A DNA stretch of 64,000 bases from a bacterium (GTDB taxonomy: Bacteria > Bacillota_I > Bacilli_A > RF39 > UBA660), in contig JAWXUH010000006.1 of NCBI GenBank assembly GCA_044432745.1, positions 1,375 through 65,374 of the forward strand, in the 5' to 3' direction. Shown piece after piece: positions 17,593-27,626 of the stretch (positions are counted from its first letter, which is position 1; every line of letters begins with the position of its first letter). Position numbers and translations under genes: made by a program. The notes under the pieces were generated by a model, which worked only from the letters and a program-made list of their open reading frames with translations, was not told the origin of the DNA and searched no databases.

Positions 17593-18471
17593 GTGGCTAG
17601 AAAAGAAAAAATTGTAATAAAAGAAGATCCTTTAATACCTACAGTAATAGGTGTTATAGATAATAAAACTGTTAGTATGATATATTTGGTTGTCCTTTTT
17701 GTGATACTTATTGGTTTTGTTTATTATCTACCAGAAATTGAAACTTATATGAAAAGTTTAACTGCAGGAGATGATTCTCAATACTTTGAAACAGCAGAAG
17801 ATGAAGATGAAATAGTTGATCCTAATTCTTACGTTGAAGGTATGAGTTTAACAAGTCCTCACGTTACCCTTAATAACATTCAACTTTCTACAAGGACATT
17901 ATCTTTTAATATATTAAATAATACAACAGAAGATGTAAGTTTATATAATTTAAACTATTATTTGGAAATATATGATGAAGAATCAAATTTAATTAATAGA
18001 ATAAATTTTGCTGATATGATGTTTGAAGCATCTAGCTCAACAGAGTTTGTTTATGAGTTAAAAGCATCTGATGTAAGCTATTTTAATTTTTCAGTTATAA
18101 ATACTAGTATGTATCCATCAGTTGTTTTAAATAAAGATAGTGAAGGTAATCAAAATTTAGTTTGTGTTAAAGATAATATAGTTTTAACTTATTATTTTAA
18201 TAGCAATTTATTAAATAAAGTTATTCAAATAGTTAATATGGATGATGAAGAATACGAATATTATACTGAAAATTTAGATAATTATACATATTACGCTGGT
18301 GTAAGTGCTTATATAGAAGAAGATGATGTTTCGTCAGAATTTTATTTAGGTATTGATTATACTAAATACGATAAAGATTCTTTAACTGAGTTTTATTTAG
18401 ATTTTGAAAATAATACTTCAGCTAAAATAATAAATTTTGATCTTGTTAGTAATGGATTTGACTGTAATTAG
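17593..18471 (+). CDS. Hypothetical membrane-anchored protein.
   Basis: GTG start. TM helix MIYLVVLFVILIGFVYYL. No recognisable motif. Confidence 0.5.
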   Translation: MARKEKIVIKEDPLIPTVIGVIDNKTVSMIYLVVLFVILIGFVYYLPEIETYMKSLTAGDDSQYFETAEDEDEIVDPNSYVEGMSLTSPHVTLNNIQLSTRTLSFNILNNTTEDVSLYNLNYYLEIYDEESNLINRINFADMMFEASSSTEFVYELKASDVSYFNFSVINTSMYPSVVLNKDSEGNQNLVCVKDNIVLTYYFNSNLLNKVIQIVNMDDEEYEYYTENLDNYTYYAGVSAYIEEDDVSSEFYLGIDYTKYDKDSLTEFYLDFENNTSAKIINFDLVSNGFDCN

Positions 18472-18537
18472 TCAAATTTTTTTGTTCTTTTGTCGATTTT
18501 GTATATTTTTTAAATATTATACTCTATACTGATATGG

Positions 18538-18870
18538 ATGGTGAATATAATGCTTGATTTTTCAAGGTATGATAGGTGCGTGGTAATAGATTTTAGAAAA
18601 AAAATATGTTTAAAGGATTCGAAGTCTGCTGATGCATTCTTATTTCCTTACTTGCTTAAATCTAAGGAGATGACAGTGATTGGTAATTTTGAAGAACTGG
18701 ATAACATTGATCATATCGGTTTTAATTTTTTATATAAATTAAGGTGGGTTGTTAAGATTACAGGAGGTAATCTGAGTTTGATTAATGTTCCTACTAATTT
18801 AAAGAAAGATATTAGCAAACTTCGTATTAAAATAAACAAGGATTTTGATATGAAAGAAAAGGTTATATGA
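18538..18870 (+). CDS. SpoIIAA-like STAS-domain protein (anti-sigma-factor antagonist-like), with His replacing the phosphorylatable Ser.
   Basis: Aligns to SpoIIAA over VxxFExLxxxDxxG...GG...L.N. DSSG becomes DHIG. Overlaps the sigma gene by ATGA. The start could be the ATG at 18550. Confidence 0.5.
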   Translation: MVNIMLDFSRYDRCVVIDFRKKICLKDSKSADAFLFPYLLKSKEMTVIGNFEELDNIDHIGFNFLYKLRWVVKITGGNLSLINVPTNLKKDISKLRIKINKDFDMKEKVI

Positions 18871-19514
18871 TAATTGATGAAGATATTGTTAATGAAAATA
18901 TGAAATTAATTTTTAAAATTGCTACTTATTTTTATGGAGTCGAGAGAGAGGATTTATTACAAGCAGGTAAACTAGGGCTTGTAAAAGCATTTAATAAATA
19001 CGATAGTAATTCAGGTGCTAAATTTAGTACATATGCTTATGAGTATATATACGGTGAAATGTACCAGGTTGCATGTCGTAAAACTTTAAAAATTAATAAA
19101 GATACTTTAAGGTTATATAAACTTATTGAAAAAATAAGATATGAAGATACACAAATATTAGGATACATACCAAATAACGAGTATATAGCTAGTAAACTAG
19201 AGATGGATATACAAACTATAGATTATGCATGTATGAGTGCTAATACACTTATTTCTATGGATGATGAGACATCATCATATAGAGATATGCATGAAGTTAT
19301 TTGTGATAACAATACTATTAATGTAGATGATAAAATATTACTGGAGGATTCTTTAGAGAAATTAACAAATGAAGAAAAAGATGTTATAAGAAAAAGATAC
19401 TACTTTGATAAAACTCAAAGTGAACTTGCAAGAGAGTTTAATATGTCTCAAGTTAAAATTTCTAGAATAGAGAAAAAAGGTCTAGAAAAAATGAGAGTTC
19501 TTATTTCAAAATAA
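18867..19514 (+). CDS. Compact SigF/SigG/SigB-type sigma-70 family factor (215 aa).
   Basis: Region 2 (KFSTYAYEYIYGEM) and region 4.2 (RYYFDKTQSELAREFNMSQVKISRIEKKGLEKMR) match the SigF/G/B group. Confidence 0.75.
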   Translation: MIIDEDIVNENMKLIFKIATYFYGVEREDLLQAGKLGLVKAFNKYDSNSGAKFSTYAYEYIYGEMYQVACRKTLKINKDTLRLYKLIEKIRYEDTQILGYIPNNEYIASKLEMDIQTIDYACMSANTLISMDDETSSYRDMHEVICDNNTINVDDKILLEDSLEKLTNEEKDVIRKRYYFDKTQSELAREFNMSQVKISRIEKKGLEKMRVLISK

Positions 19515-19517
19515 AAA

Positions 19518-19577
19518 AATCTCAAGTAAACTTTTCCCTATAAAATAGGGTAACTAAGTTTATTGTTGAGATTTTTT
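19518..19577. terminator. Bidirectional terminator between the sigma gene and the convergent gene.
   Basis: aaatctcaag...ttgagattttttt with an inner ccctataaaataggg stem. Confidence 0.5.
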
Positions 19578-20969
19578 TTAACGTCTTTTTTTATATATAT
19601 CATCTTCTAATTTAATATTTATTTGTTCAGATAATTTTCTTTCATTTTCTATTTTTTGATTTTCTATTTCTTGCACTACAATACCGCTAATACGATTTTG
19701 ATTTTCAAGTTCTAATTGTTCTATTCTTATAGAATCATACATTGCTAATATTTGCATTTTTTTAGCATGTTCTATTCTTGTTAATACAGGTAAATCAAAT
19801 TCTTTTAATTTTTCTTTAAATATAAATAAGTAAAAATTTCTAGATTCAGCTGATAAATTAAATTCTGTTAGTCTATGTTCTACATATGATACAACAAATT
19901 TTTTAGAAAGTTCATCGTTAGCATGTCTTTTTATTACAACATCCATTTCAGTTAAATTTGCTTCTTCTTCAGTAAATAAATTACTTAATGTTTTATAGTA
20001 TTCTTCAATTGTTTCTGTTGTTCCATTTACATAACCTGTATAACTATTAACTTGAAGTGTTTTGTTAATACCATATATATTAATATCAACATTAAAGTTT
20101 TCTGGTACATCAAAAGCAACATTAACTGGAACTTTAGCTGTTCTATATCTTGCATTTAAAACACTAAATAAGAAATTTTCTTCAGCAGCAGTTAATATAA
20201 AGTTTGTATTGTCTAATACTTTTTTAAATAGTATATCTGCTAAATATGGTAAATAATCTGTTGGAACAGATAATAAATTATTATTTTTAGCAATTTCTTT
20301 TGCAAAAGGCAAATTGTCTAAAACAACACTTTTGGCATTCTTATCTGCTGCTTCTTGAGCTAATTTCATTCTTTTTTCTGCCATCGTTCTAGTAGCAGAA
20401 TTAACAGTTGTTCTTTGTTTTAAATTTTCACTATTATTTTTAATATTAATAGATGTTGAATCAACTTCATTTGAAGTTACTCTTTCACTTACAATACTAC
20501 TTGGTTCTTGATTTACTTCATTTAAAACAACTTTTTCAGTTTTAATTTTACTTGTTTCTTCTAAAACAGTAGCTTCTTTTTGTGTACCATTCATATTTTG
20601 AACAACTTCATTTTCAACTATTTTTTCTATTTTAAATGTTGTTTGCACAGGTTCTTCAGTACCTAAACTTATAATACTGATATTTTCAGTAAGTTCAATT
20701 CCATTAGTACTATTTATACCCATTTCTTTATTTCTTTTTTCAATTTCAATAGCAACTTCTTTATATAAAGTTTCTATTAATTTTTTATCTGTTGAATAGA
20801 TTTTTCTTTCAGTTTCTAAAGTTATACTTATTTTATTTTCACTATTAATTTCTTGTTCAGTCGTTGTCATTTTATTTAACACTTCAGCAGTTTTACCAGA
20901 TCCAGTCATTCTAGATAATATTGAACTTGGTATTTTATTATTTTGAAATTCTTTTTTTTCGTCTTTCAT
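19578..20969 (-). CDS. Hypothetical protein (~463 aa).
   Basis: ORF 19578-21029. Preferred start is the ATG at 20969, with RBS aggggg (revcomp of 20972-20985). No recognisable domain. Confidence 0.55.
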   Translation of the reverse strand: MKDEKKEFQNNKIPSSILSRMTGSGKTAEVLNKMTTTEQEINSENKISITLETERKIYSTDKKLIETLYKEVAIEIEKRNKEMGINSTNGIELTENISIISLGTEEPVQTTFKIEKIVENEVVQNMNGTQKEATVLEETSKIKTEKVVLNEVNQEPSSIVSERVTSNEVDSTSINIKNNSENLKQRTTVNSATRTMAEKRMKLAQEAADKNAKSVVLDNLPFAKEIAKNNNLLSVPTDYLPYLADILFKKVLDNTNFILTAAEENFLFSVLNARYRTAKVPVNVAFDVPENFNVDINIYGINKTLQVNSYTGYVNGTTETIEEYYKTLSNLFTEEEANLTEMDVVIKRHANDELSKKFVVSYVEHRLTEFNLSAESRNFYLFIFKEKLKEFDLPVLTRIEHAKKMQILAMYDSIRIEQLELENQNRISGIVVQEIENQKIENERKLSEQINIKLEDDIYKKRR

Positions 20970-21130
20970 TTTATAACCCCCTAGAACGTAATATTTACAC
21001 ATTTCGCTCACTTGTAACATATAATACACTTTTTGTGTGAAAAAGTCAAGTTTTTCTTATAAATACTTAGTTTTATACTAAAGTTTGTATAATATTTTGA
21101 TTTCTTTTTCATAATATAATTGGTGATTGT

Positions 21131-21568
21131 ATGAATAACAAGGATTATAATATATTTTTAAAGAAATTTGCTCCTAAGGAAAATAGACTAAAAAATTGTA
21201 TAGTATCCTTTGTAGTAGGTGGTCTTATCGGTTTATCTTCTGAAGTTCTTGTTGTATTTTTGATGATTAATTTTGGTTTTTCTAGAATTTTATCTGGATC
21301 CATTATAAGTATATTAGTTGTATTTATTGCCTCTTTATTAACTGCTATGGGAGTATTTGATGATTATGTATCTAAACTTAAATGCGGCCTTATTATTCCT
21401 ACTACAGGATTTGCTCATAGTGTTACTTCTAGTGCACTTGATTATAAAAAAGATGGACTAATTACTGGACTTGGTTCAAATGTATTTAAATTAGCAGGTT
21501 CAGTACTTCTTTATGGAATTATTAGTTCTTTCTTACTTGTGATTGTGAGGGTGATTATTGGTGTCTAG
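21131..21568 (+). CDS. spoVAC: Stage V sporulation protein AC.
   Basis: LKNCIVSFVVGGLIG, TGFAHSV and GSNVFKLAGSVLLYGI match SpoVAC throughout. Confidence 0.85.
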   Translation: MNNKDYNIFLKKFAPKENRLKNCIVSFVVGGLIGLSSEVLVVFLMINFGFSRILSGSIISILVVFIASLLTAMGVFDDYVSKLKCGLIIPTTGFAHSVTSSALDYKKDGLITGLGSNVFKLAGSVLLYGIISSFLLVIVRVIIGV

Positions 21569-22535
21569 TTATATTTTTAAAAATGTATATATAAAAGATT
21601 ATTATACTATTGCAGGTCCTATGGAAAAGGATGGTAAAATAAAAAACTTTAATGAATATTTAGATGATTTTTATTTCGGTGAAAAAACTTTTGAACAAGC
21701 TGAAGTTAAAATGCAAAAAAATGTTGTTAAAAATTTAATAGTTAGAAATGATATAACTGAAAATGACGTAGATTTTTTAATAGGAGGGGATCTTATTAAT
21801 CAAATATCTATATCAAGTTATTCTCATAGAGCATTTGATTTTCCTTTTTTAGGAATATATTCTGCATGTTCTACTTTCATAGAAGCTCTTCTTATAGGAA
21901 GTATTTTTACCGAAAATTATAAACATAAAAATGTTATTTGTTTAACAAGTTCTCATAATTTAACTGCAGAAAGACAATTTAGATATCCCGTTGAATATGG
22001 TTCTCCTAAAGTACATACTTCTACGTTTACAGCTACTGCAGCTGCAGGGACTATTCTTACACATGAAAAAACAAATATAAAAATAGATAGTGCTACTATA
22101 GGAAGTGTTATTGACAAAGGTGTTAATGATGTTAATCACATGGGAGCTGTAATGGCCCCAGCAGCAGCTGATACACTTAATAAACATTTAAACAATTTAT
22201 CTAGAGATATTAGTTATTACGATGTTATTCTAACAGGAGATCTTGGTATTGTAGGTGCTAAAATATTTAAAGAATATACAAAAAAAGTATACAATATTAA
22301 TATTAAAAAAACTATGGATGCTGGTTCTGAAATTTTTTTAGATAGTCAAGATACTTACGCTGGTGGAAGTGGACCTGCTTGCATTCCTATAGTTTTTTTT
22401 AATAAAATACTTCAAAATAAAAAATATAAAAAAATTCTATTAGTAGGAACAGGATCTCTTCATTCTCCTTGTCTTATTAATCAACATAATACTATACCAG
22501 CTATTAGTCACGTAGTAAGTTTGGAGGTTGCTTAA
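21558..22535 (+). CDS. spoVAD: Stage V sporulation protein AD.
   Basis: TTG start after gagggtga. AGPMEKDG, GGDLINQ, SSHNLTAERQFRYPVEYG, MAPAAADT, LTGDLG and AGGSGPACIP all match SpoVAD. Confidence 0.85.
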   Translation: MVSSYIFKNVYIKDYYTIAGPMEKDGKIKNFNEYLDDFYFGEKTFEQAEVKMQKNVVKNLIVRNDITENDVDFLIGGDLINQISISSYSHRAFDFPFLGIYSACSTFIEALLIGSIFTENYKHKNVICLTSSHNLTAERQFRYPVEYGSPKVHTSTFTATAAAGTILTHEKTNIKIDSATIGSVIDKGVNDVNHMGAVMAPAAADTLNKHLNNLSRDISYYDVILTGDLGIVGAKIFKEYTKKVYNINIKKTMDAGSEIFLDSQDTYAGGSGPACIPIVFFNKILQNKKYKKILLVGTGSLHSPCLINQHNTIPAISHVVSLEVA

Positions 22536-22886
22536 ATGAACTATTTATATGCCTTTTTATTCACAGGATTCTTTTGTGCTCTTGGTCAAATAATACTTGA
22601 TAATACTAAATTTACTCCGGGTCATATAACTAGTTCATTTACAGTACTAGGTTCATTTATGTCTTTCTTTGGTATATATGACTTTTTTTCTATAAACTGT
22701 GGTGCTGGAGCCAACGTAGTTATTACAAATTTTGGAAATGCACTTTATCAAGGTGGTATAACAGGTTATAAACAGATGGGTTTTATAGGTATCTTTTCCG
22801 GTTTACTTCAAAATAGTAGTGCCATTATAGTTTCTACTATAGTTTTTGCCTTTATTCTTAGTATTTTCTTTAAACCTAGAGGATAA
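22536..22886 (+). CDS. spoVAEb: Stage V sporulation protein AEb.
   Basis: 116 aa. FTPGH, GAGANVVITNFGNAL and FFKPRG match SpoVAEb. RBS ggagg. Confidence 0.85.
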   Translation: MNYLYAFLFTGFFCALGQIILDNTKFTPGHITSSFTVLGSFMSFFGIYDFFSINCGAGANVVITNFGNALYQGGITGYKQMGFIGIFSGLLQNSSAIIVSTIVFAFILSIFFKPRG

Positions 22887-22889
22887 AAA

Positions 22890-22922
22890 AAGAAAAAAAT
22901 TTCTTATTTTTCTTTTTTTTTG
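22890..22922 (+). terminator. Rho-independent terminator after spoVAEb.
   Basis: agaaaaa aatttctta tttttct followed by a T-run. Confidence 0.5.
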
Positions 22923-22963
22923 ATATAATAAATAAAATATTATTAAAAAGGAGAGATTAATAT

Positions 22964-24334
22964 ATGGATATTGTACAAATTGATAAAAGTTATATAGATA
23001 AAAAAGTAACTATTTGTGGATGGATTAAAAATCATCGTAAACAAGCAAATTTCGGTTTTATCGCACTAGGAGATGGAACTTGTTTAAATAATTTACAAGT
23101 TGTATATGATAATAATTTAGATAATTTTGATGAAATTACAAAATTAAAAATAGGTTCTTCTATAGAAGTAGAAGGTATTATTAAAGAATCACTTGGAGCA
23201 GGTCAAGATATTGAATTATCACTTACTTCATATAAACTTTTAGGGGATTGTCCAGATGATTATCCACTTCAACCTAAGAGACATACTAATGAATTTTTAA
23301 GAAGTATTGCTTATCTTAGACCAAGAGGTAATTTATATAATGCAGTTTTTAGAATAAGATCAGTATCTGCTATGGCTATACATACTTATTTTAATAATAA
23401 TAACTATGTTTATGTTCATTCACCAATTATTACAACAGCTGATTGTGAGGGTAGTGATCAAATGTTTAAAATTTCTACATTTGATTTTGATAACTTACCA
23501 CTTGATGATAATAAAAATGTAGATACTACTAAAGATTTATTTGGTAAACAAGCATATATTACTGGTACTGGACAACTTCATGGTGAAACATTTGCTCATG
23601 CTTATAAAAAGATTTATACGTTTGGACCTACATTTAGAACTGAACATTCTAATACTAAAACTCATGCAAATGAATTTTGGATGATAGAGCCAGAAATTTG
23701 TTTCTGTGATTTAAATGAACTTATGAATATTGAGGAAGATATGCTTAAATTTATAGTTAAATATACTATGGATCATGCAATGGATGAATTAATATTCTTA
23801 GATAAATTTGTATCTAAAGGTTTACTTGATAAATTAAATAAATTATTAACTTCTGAATTTATTAAAATATCTCATAAAGAAGTAGTAGATCTTTTATTAA
23901 ACACAAATCAAAAATGGGAATTTACTCCTGGTTATGAAGAAGATATAGCTAAAGAACATGAAAAATTCTTAACTGAACACTTTAATAATCCAGTGTTTAT
24001 TACTAACTGGCCAAAAGATATTAAATCTTTCTATATGAAAGTTAATGATGATAATAAAACAGTAGCTGCAGTAGATTTAATTGTACCTGGAGCAGGTGAA
24101 TTAATGGGTGGTTCTCAAAGAGAAGAAAGATACGATGTTTTACTTTCTAGAATGAAAGATTGTGATATTTCTAGAGAAGAAGTAGAGTGGTATTTAAATC
24201 TTAGAAAATACGGAACAACTGTACATGCTGGATTTGGTATGGGATTTGAAAGACTTGTTATGTACTTAACTGGTGTAGAAAATATAAGAGATGTTATTCC
24301 TTATCCAAGAACTCCTGGTAGTTGTGAATTTTAA
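22964..24334 (+). CDS. asnS: Asparaginyl-tRNA synthetase.
   Basis: Class II aaRS motifs (FRTEHSNTKTHANEFWMIEPE, GGSQREER, GFGMGFERL). N-terminal OB fold. RBS aaggagag. Confidence 0.85.
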   Translation: MDIVQIDKSYIDKKVTICGWIKNHRKQANFGFIALGDGTCLNNLQVVYDNNLDNFDEITKLKIGSSIEVEGIIKESLGAGQDIELSLTSYKLLGDCPDDYPLQPKRHTNEFLRSIAYLRPRGNLYNAVFRIRSVSAMAIHTYFNNNNYVYVHSPIITTADCEGSDQMFKISTFDFDNLPLDDNKNVDTTKDLFGKQAYITGTGQLHGETFAHAYKKIYTFGPTFRTEHSNTKTHANEFWMIEPEICFCDLNELMNIEEDMLKFIVKYTMDHAMDELIFLDKFVSKGLLDKLNKLLTSEFIKISHKEVVDLLLNTNQKWEFTPGYEEDIAKEHEKFLTEHFNNPVFITNWPKDIKSFYMKVNDDNKTVAAVDLIVPGAGELMGGSQREERYDVLLSRMKDCDISREEVEWYLNLRKYGTTVHAGFGMGFERLVMYLTGVENIRDVIPYPRTPGSCEF

Positions 24335-24418
24335 AATATATCTATAAGATATATTTTTTTTAACAACTAAAAGTGACTTGAATTTCATTTTGTTCTATGA
24401 TAAACTATATTAAAGGAT

Positions 24419-25708
24419 ATGATAGATATGAAAATAAAAAGTGTAAAATTTAAACTTTGTTTTTTAATGGTGTTTTTATTAGGTATATTTAGTGCTTTGG
24501 GACTAAATTTAGTAGGTAATGCGTTTTTATTTAACGATGAAAGTATTGAAACTAGTTCTTCAAAATTAATTTCAATATTAGTACAAAATGAAAAAGGTGA
24601 ATACGAAACTTACGATTCTAATTCATTTCCAAGTGAAGGATATTCATTTAATTCACAATTAAGTTATTGTGTTAACGAATCTGAATTATCTTTTGATAGT
24701 TCATCTTCACTTGTAACTGTTAAAGCTAAAGGTTCTGATAATTGTTTTGCTTATTTTAGTTTAGGTGAATCTTGTGAATCAGGCGATTGTTTATATGGAG
24801 CTATCTTACTTAATGAAAAAGATGGTTTTGAAACAATATCAGATGCTACAAGTTATATAGAAAATAAAACTACTCCTAACTTTAATAATGTAGCTACTAC
24901 TGACGAAGGATTATTTGCAGTAGCAGATGATAATGGAACAAGTTATTATTACAGAGGAGCTGTAAATGATAACTGGGTAGAATTTGCAGGAATGTACTGG
25001 AGAATAGTACGTGTTGCAGGTGATGGTACAGTAAAATTAATATATGCAGGTAAAACAATAGGAGCAACAGAAGACAATACTCAAATATCTACTTCAGCAT
25101 TTAATAGTTCTTATGATTCTTATGAATATACAGGGTATGTTTATGCTGAAGATGAATTACATGGAACAACAACTGATAGTTTAATTAAAACTAATTTAGA
25201 TTCATGGTATAAAGATAATTTATCTAGCTATAGTAGTCATATTGCAGATACTAATTTCTGTGTTGATAGAACTGGTTACGTAGATGCAGAAAATTCAACT
25301 GTTTTAAATACACAAGACTTTACTGGTGAGGAAGATTATATATCATATGGTTCTAGATATAGATTATATTCTAATAATACTCCTGAACTTAAATGTACAA
25401 ACCAAAGTGATTTAGTTAGTTCTAAAGTTGGATTAATTTCACTAGACGAAGCAGCACTTGCTGGAGCAGTATGGAATACTACTAACACTGATTACTATTT
25501 ACATTCAGGTTCTTGGTACTGGACACTTTCTCCATATAACTTCTCAAGTGAGAATGCTTTTGTAGGAGTTATTAATGCATCTGGTTATTTAGATCAAAAT
25601 GATGTTAGTTTAACTACTGGTGGAGTACGTGCAGTAATCTCTTTAAAATCTAATACACCTATAAGTGGTGAAGGTACTGTTGATAATCCTTACAAGGTTT
25701 TATCTTAA
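24419..25708 (+). CDS. Secreted or membrane-anchored hypothetical protein with a C-terminal GGVRAVISLK...NPYKV motif.
   Basis: N-terminal hydrophobic signal-like segment (LCFLMVFLLGIFSALG). No catalytic motif recognised. Confidence 0.55.
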   Translation: MIDMKIKSVKFKLCFLMVFLLGIFSALGLNLVGNAFLFNDESIETSSSKLISILVQNEKGEYETYDSNSFPSEGYSFNSQLSYCVNESELSFDSSSSLVTVKAKGSDNCFAYFSLGESCESGDCLYGAILLNEKDGFETISDATSYIENKTTPNFNNVATTDEGLFAVADDNGTSYYYRGAVNDNWVEFAGMYWRIVRVAGDGTVKLIYAGKTIGATEDNTQISTSAFNSSYDSYEYTGYVYAEDELHGTTTDSLIKTNLDSWYKDNLSSYSSHIADTNFCVDRTGYVDAENSTVLNTQDFTGEEDYISYGSRYRLYSNNTPELKCTNQSDLVSSKVGLISLDEAALAGAVWNTTNTDYYLHSGSWYWTLSPYNFSSENAFVGVINASGYLDQNDVSLTTGGVRAVISLKSNTPISGEGTVDNPYKVLS

Positions 25709-25713
25709 TAAAA

Positions 25714-25750
25714 ACTAATATTTAGTATGTTTTTACTAAATATTTTTTTT
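25714..25750 (+). terminator. Rho-independent terminator.
   Basis: aatatttagta...tactaaatatt followed by a T-run. Confidence 0.5.
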
Positions 25751-25913
25751 ATCTAAAAACGTATTTTGATATGTAATAAACATATTGTTTTGTCTATTTT
25801 TGAAGAAGTATATACAATTTTTTCAAAAAATAGAATTTTTTTAGGTTAAAAAGTATTTTTTTGATTTAAAAAAAAAGCAAAATATGTTACAATTAATTAT
25901 AGGTGGAATAATG

Positions 25914-27626
25914 AGTAAAGAAACGTTTATATTATTAGCTGTTATATATTATGTTGTGTCAATTATTTTTATAGTTGTTCTTTTGATGTTATTTAATAAA
26001 AGAATAGAAAAAAGATATAAGAATCAAATTGACACTCTTGAACGTGGTAAAAATCTAATTATTTCTACATCTATATTATCAGAATTAAATAAGGTGGAAA
26101 CACTTGCTAATAATGATGATCTTAAAAATAAGTATGAAAGCTGGAAAGAAAGATTTAATGTTATTAAAGATAGCGATGTATCAAGATTATCAGATGAGAT
26201 AAATGATATTGAAGCTTTATTTTATGAGAAGAACTTTAAAGAATTAAAACTTATTTTACTTAATGCTGAAATAAACTTAAATTCTCTTAAAACTAAATCT
26301 GAATTATTACTTGAAGAAATAAAAGAAATTACTACTTCTGAGGAAAGAAATAGAACTAATATTACTAAACTTAAATCTGAGTTTAGAGATATAATGTCTA
26401 CTTATAAAAACGATGAATTTTCATACGAAATAATCAAAAAACCAATTGAAGCACAATTTGAAAGTACTGATAAGTTATTTAAAGTATTTGAAAATTTAAT
26501 GGAAAAAAATGAATATACTGAAGTAAATAAAGTAGTTAAAGTAATAGAAGACATAATAAAAAATTTAACTGTTATTATGGAGGAATCTAAAACTATTATA
26601 TCTTTAGGTACTACATTAATACCTAGAAAAATAGAAGAAGTTATGTACAATGAAAGTAAACTTGAAAAAGATGGATTTAATCTTGATTACTTAAATATTG
26701 AATATAATAAACAAGAAGCAGAGAAGAAAATAGTAGATGTATTTGAAAGATTACAATCTTTAAATATAAAAGATTCATTATTTGAATTTAAAACTATTCA
26801 TGATTATTTTGATTCGTTATTAAGCGATTTTGAAAAAGAAAAAATTGCTAAGAAACATTTTGAAGATTATACTAGATCAATTATACTTAAATGTTCTAAA
26901 CTTGAAAAAATAAATAACGAACTTCTTAAAAAAATAGATGATATTAAATATAGTTATGATTTAACTGATGATGAAGTCAGTATTGTGTATGTTATTAGAG
27001 AAAGTTTATTAGACGTTAGAAGCGATTATGATAAAGTAATTGAATCTCACAGAGCTAAGAGAGAGCCGTTTACTAAACTTACTAAAAAAATGGAAAATTT
27101 AAAAATTATTCTGGTTAAAACTGAAGAGAAACTTAATTTAGCTCTTAGAACTTTAGGATCTTTAAAAGAGGATGAAAAAAGAGCAAGAGAACAACTTGAA
27201 GAAATTAAAGTTATATTACAAAAAACAAAAGAGAAAGTACGTTCATATAAACTTCCTTTTATACCTAAAAATTATCATATTGAGTTAGCAGATGCTATGC
27301 AAGCTATAGAATATATGAATGAAGAACTTGATAGAAGACCAATTTCTATTAAGACTCTTAATACAAGAGTTGATACTGCAAGGGATTTAGTTTTAAAAGT
27401 ATATTCTACAGTTAACGAAACTATTAAAACCGCTAAGATGGCAGAATCTACTATTGTTTATGGTAATAGATATAGAGTTACTAATAAAGAAGTAGATTTG
27501 AATTTAACAAAAGCTGAGAATGCTTTTAATAAAGGAAATTTTAAATTAAGTTTAGAAAATGCAATTAATGCAATTAATATAGTAGAACCAGGAATACATA
27601 AAAAATTATTGGAGGAATATAAATGA
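25914..27626 (+). CDS. ezrA: Septation ring formation regulator EzrA (N-terminal TM helix plus long coiled coil).
   Basis: ORF 25884-27626. Preferred start is the ATG at 25914 after aggtgga. The TM helix plus SEERNRTNITKLKSEFRD segment resembles EzrA (SEEKSREEIEQVRERY). The gene sits upstream of the cysteine desulfurase-thiI pair, as in Bacillus. Confidence 0.65.
   Translation, partial: SKETFILLAVIYYVVSIIFIVVLLMLFNKRIEKRYKNQIDTLERGKNLIISTSILSELNKVETLANNDDLKNKYESWKERFNVIKDSDVSRLSDEINDIEALFYEKNFKELKLILLNAEINLNSLKTKSELLLEEIKEITTSEERNRTNITKLKSEFRDIMSTYKNDEFSYEIIKKPIEAQFESTDKLFKVFENLMEKNEYTEVNKVVKVIEDIIKNLTVIMEESKTIISLGTTLIPRKIEEVMYNESKLEKDGFNLDYLNIEYNKQEAEKKIVDVFERLQSLNIKDSLFEFKTIHDYFDSLLSDFEKEKIAKKHFEDYTRSIILKCSKLEKINNELLKKIDDIKYSYDLTDDEVSIVYVIRESLLDVRSDYDKVIESHRAKREPFTKLTKKMENLKIILVKTEEKLNLALRTLGSLKEDEKRAREQLEEIKVILQKTKEKVRSYKLPFIPKNYHIELADAMQAIEYMNEELDRRPISIKTLNTRVDTARDLVLKVYSTVNETIKTAKMAESTIVYGNRYRVTNKEVDLNLTKAENAFNKGNFKLSLENAINAINIVEPGIHKKLLEEYK

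Noticed and set aside
22887-22963. Possible T-box leader upstream of asnS.
   Set aside because: The region is only ~75 nt, too short for a T-box. It contains just a terminator hairpin for spoVAEb and the asnS RBS. No specifier or T-box motif (AGGGUGGNACCGCG-like) is present.
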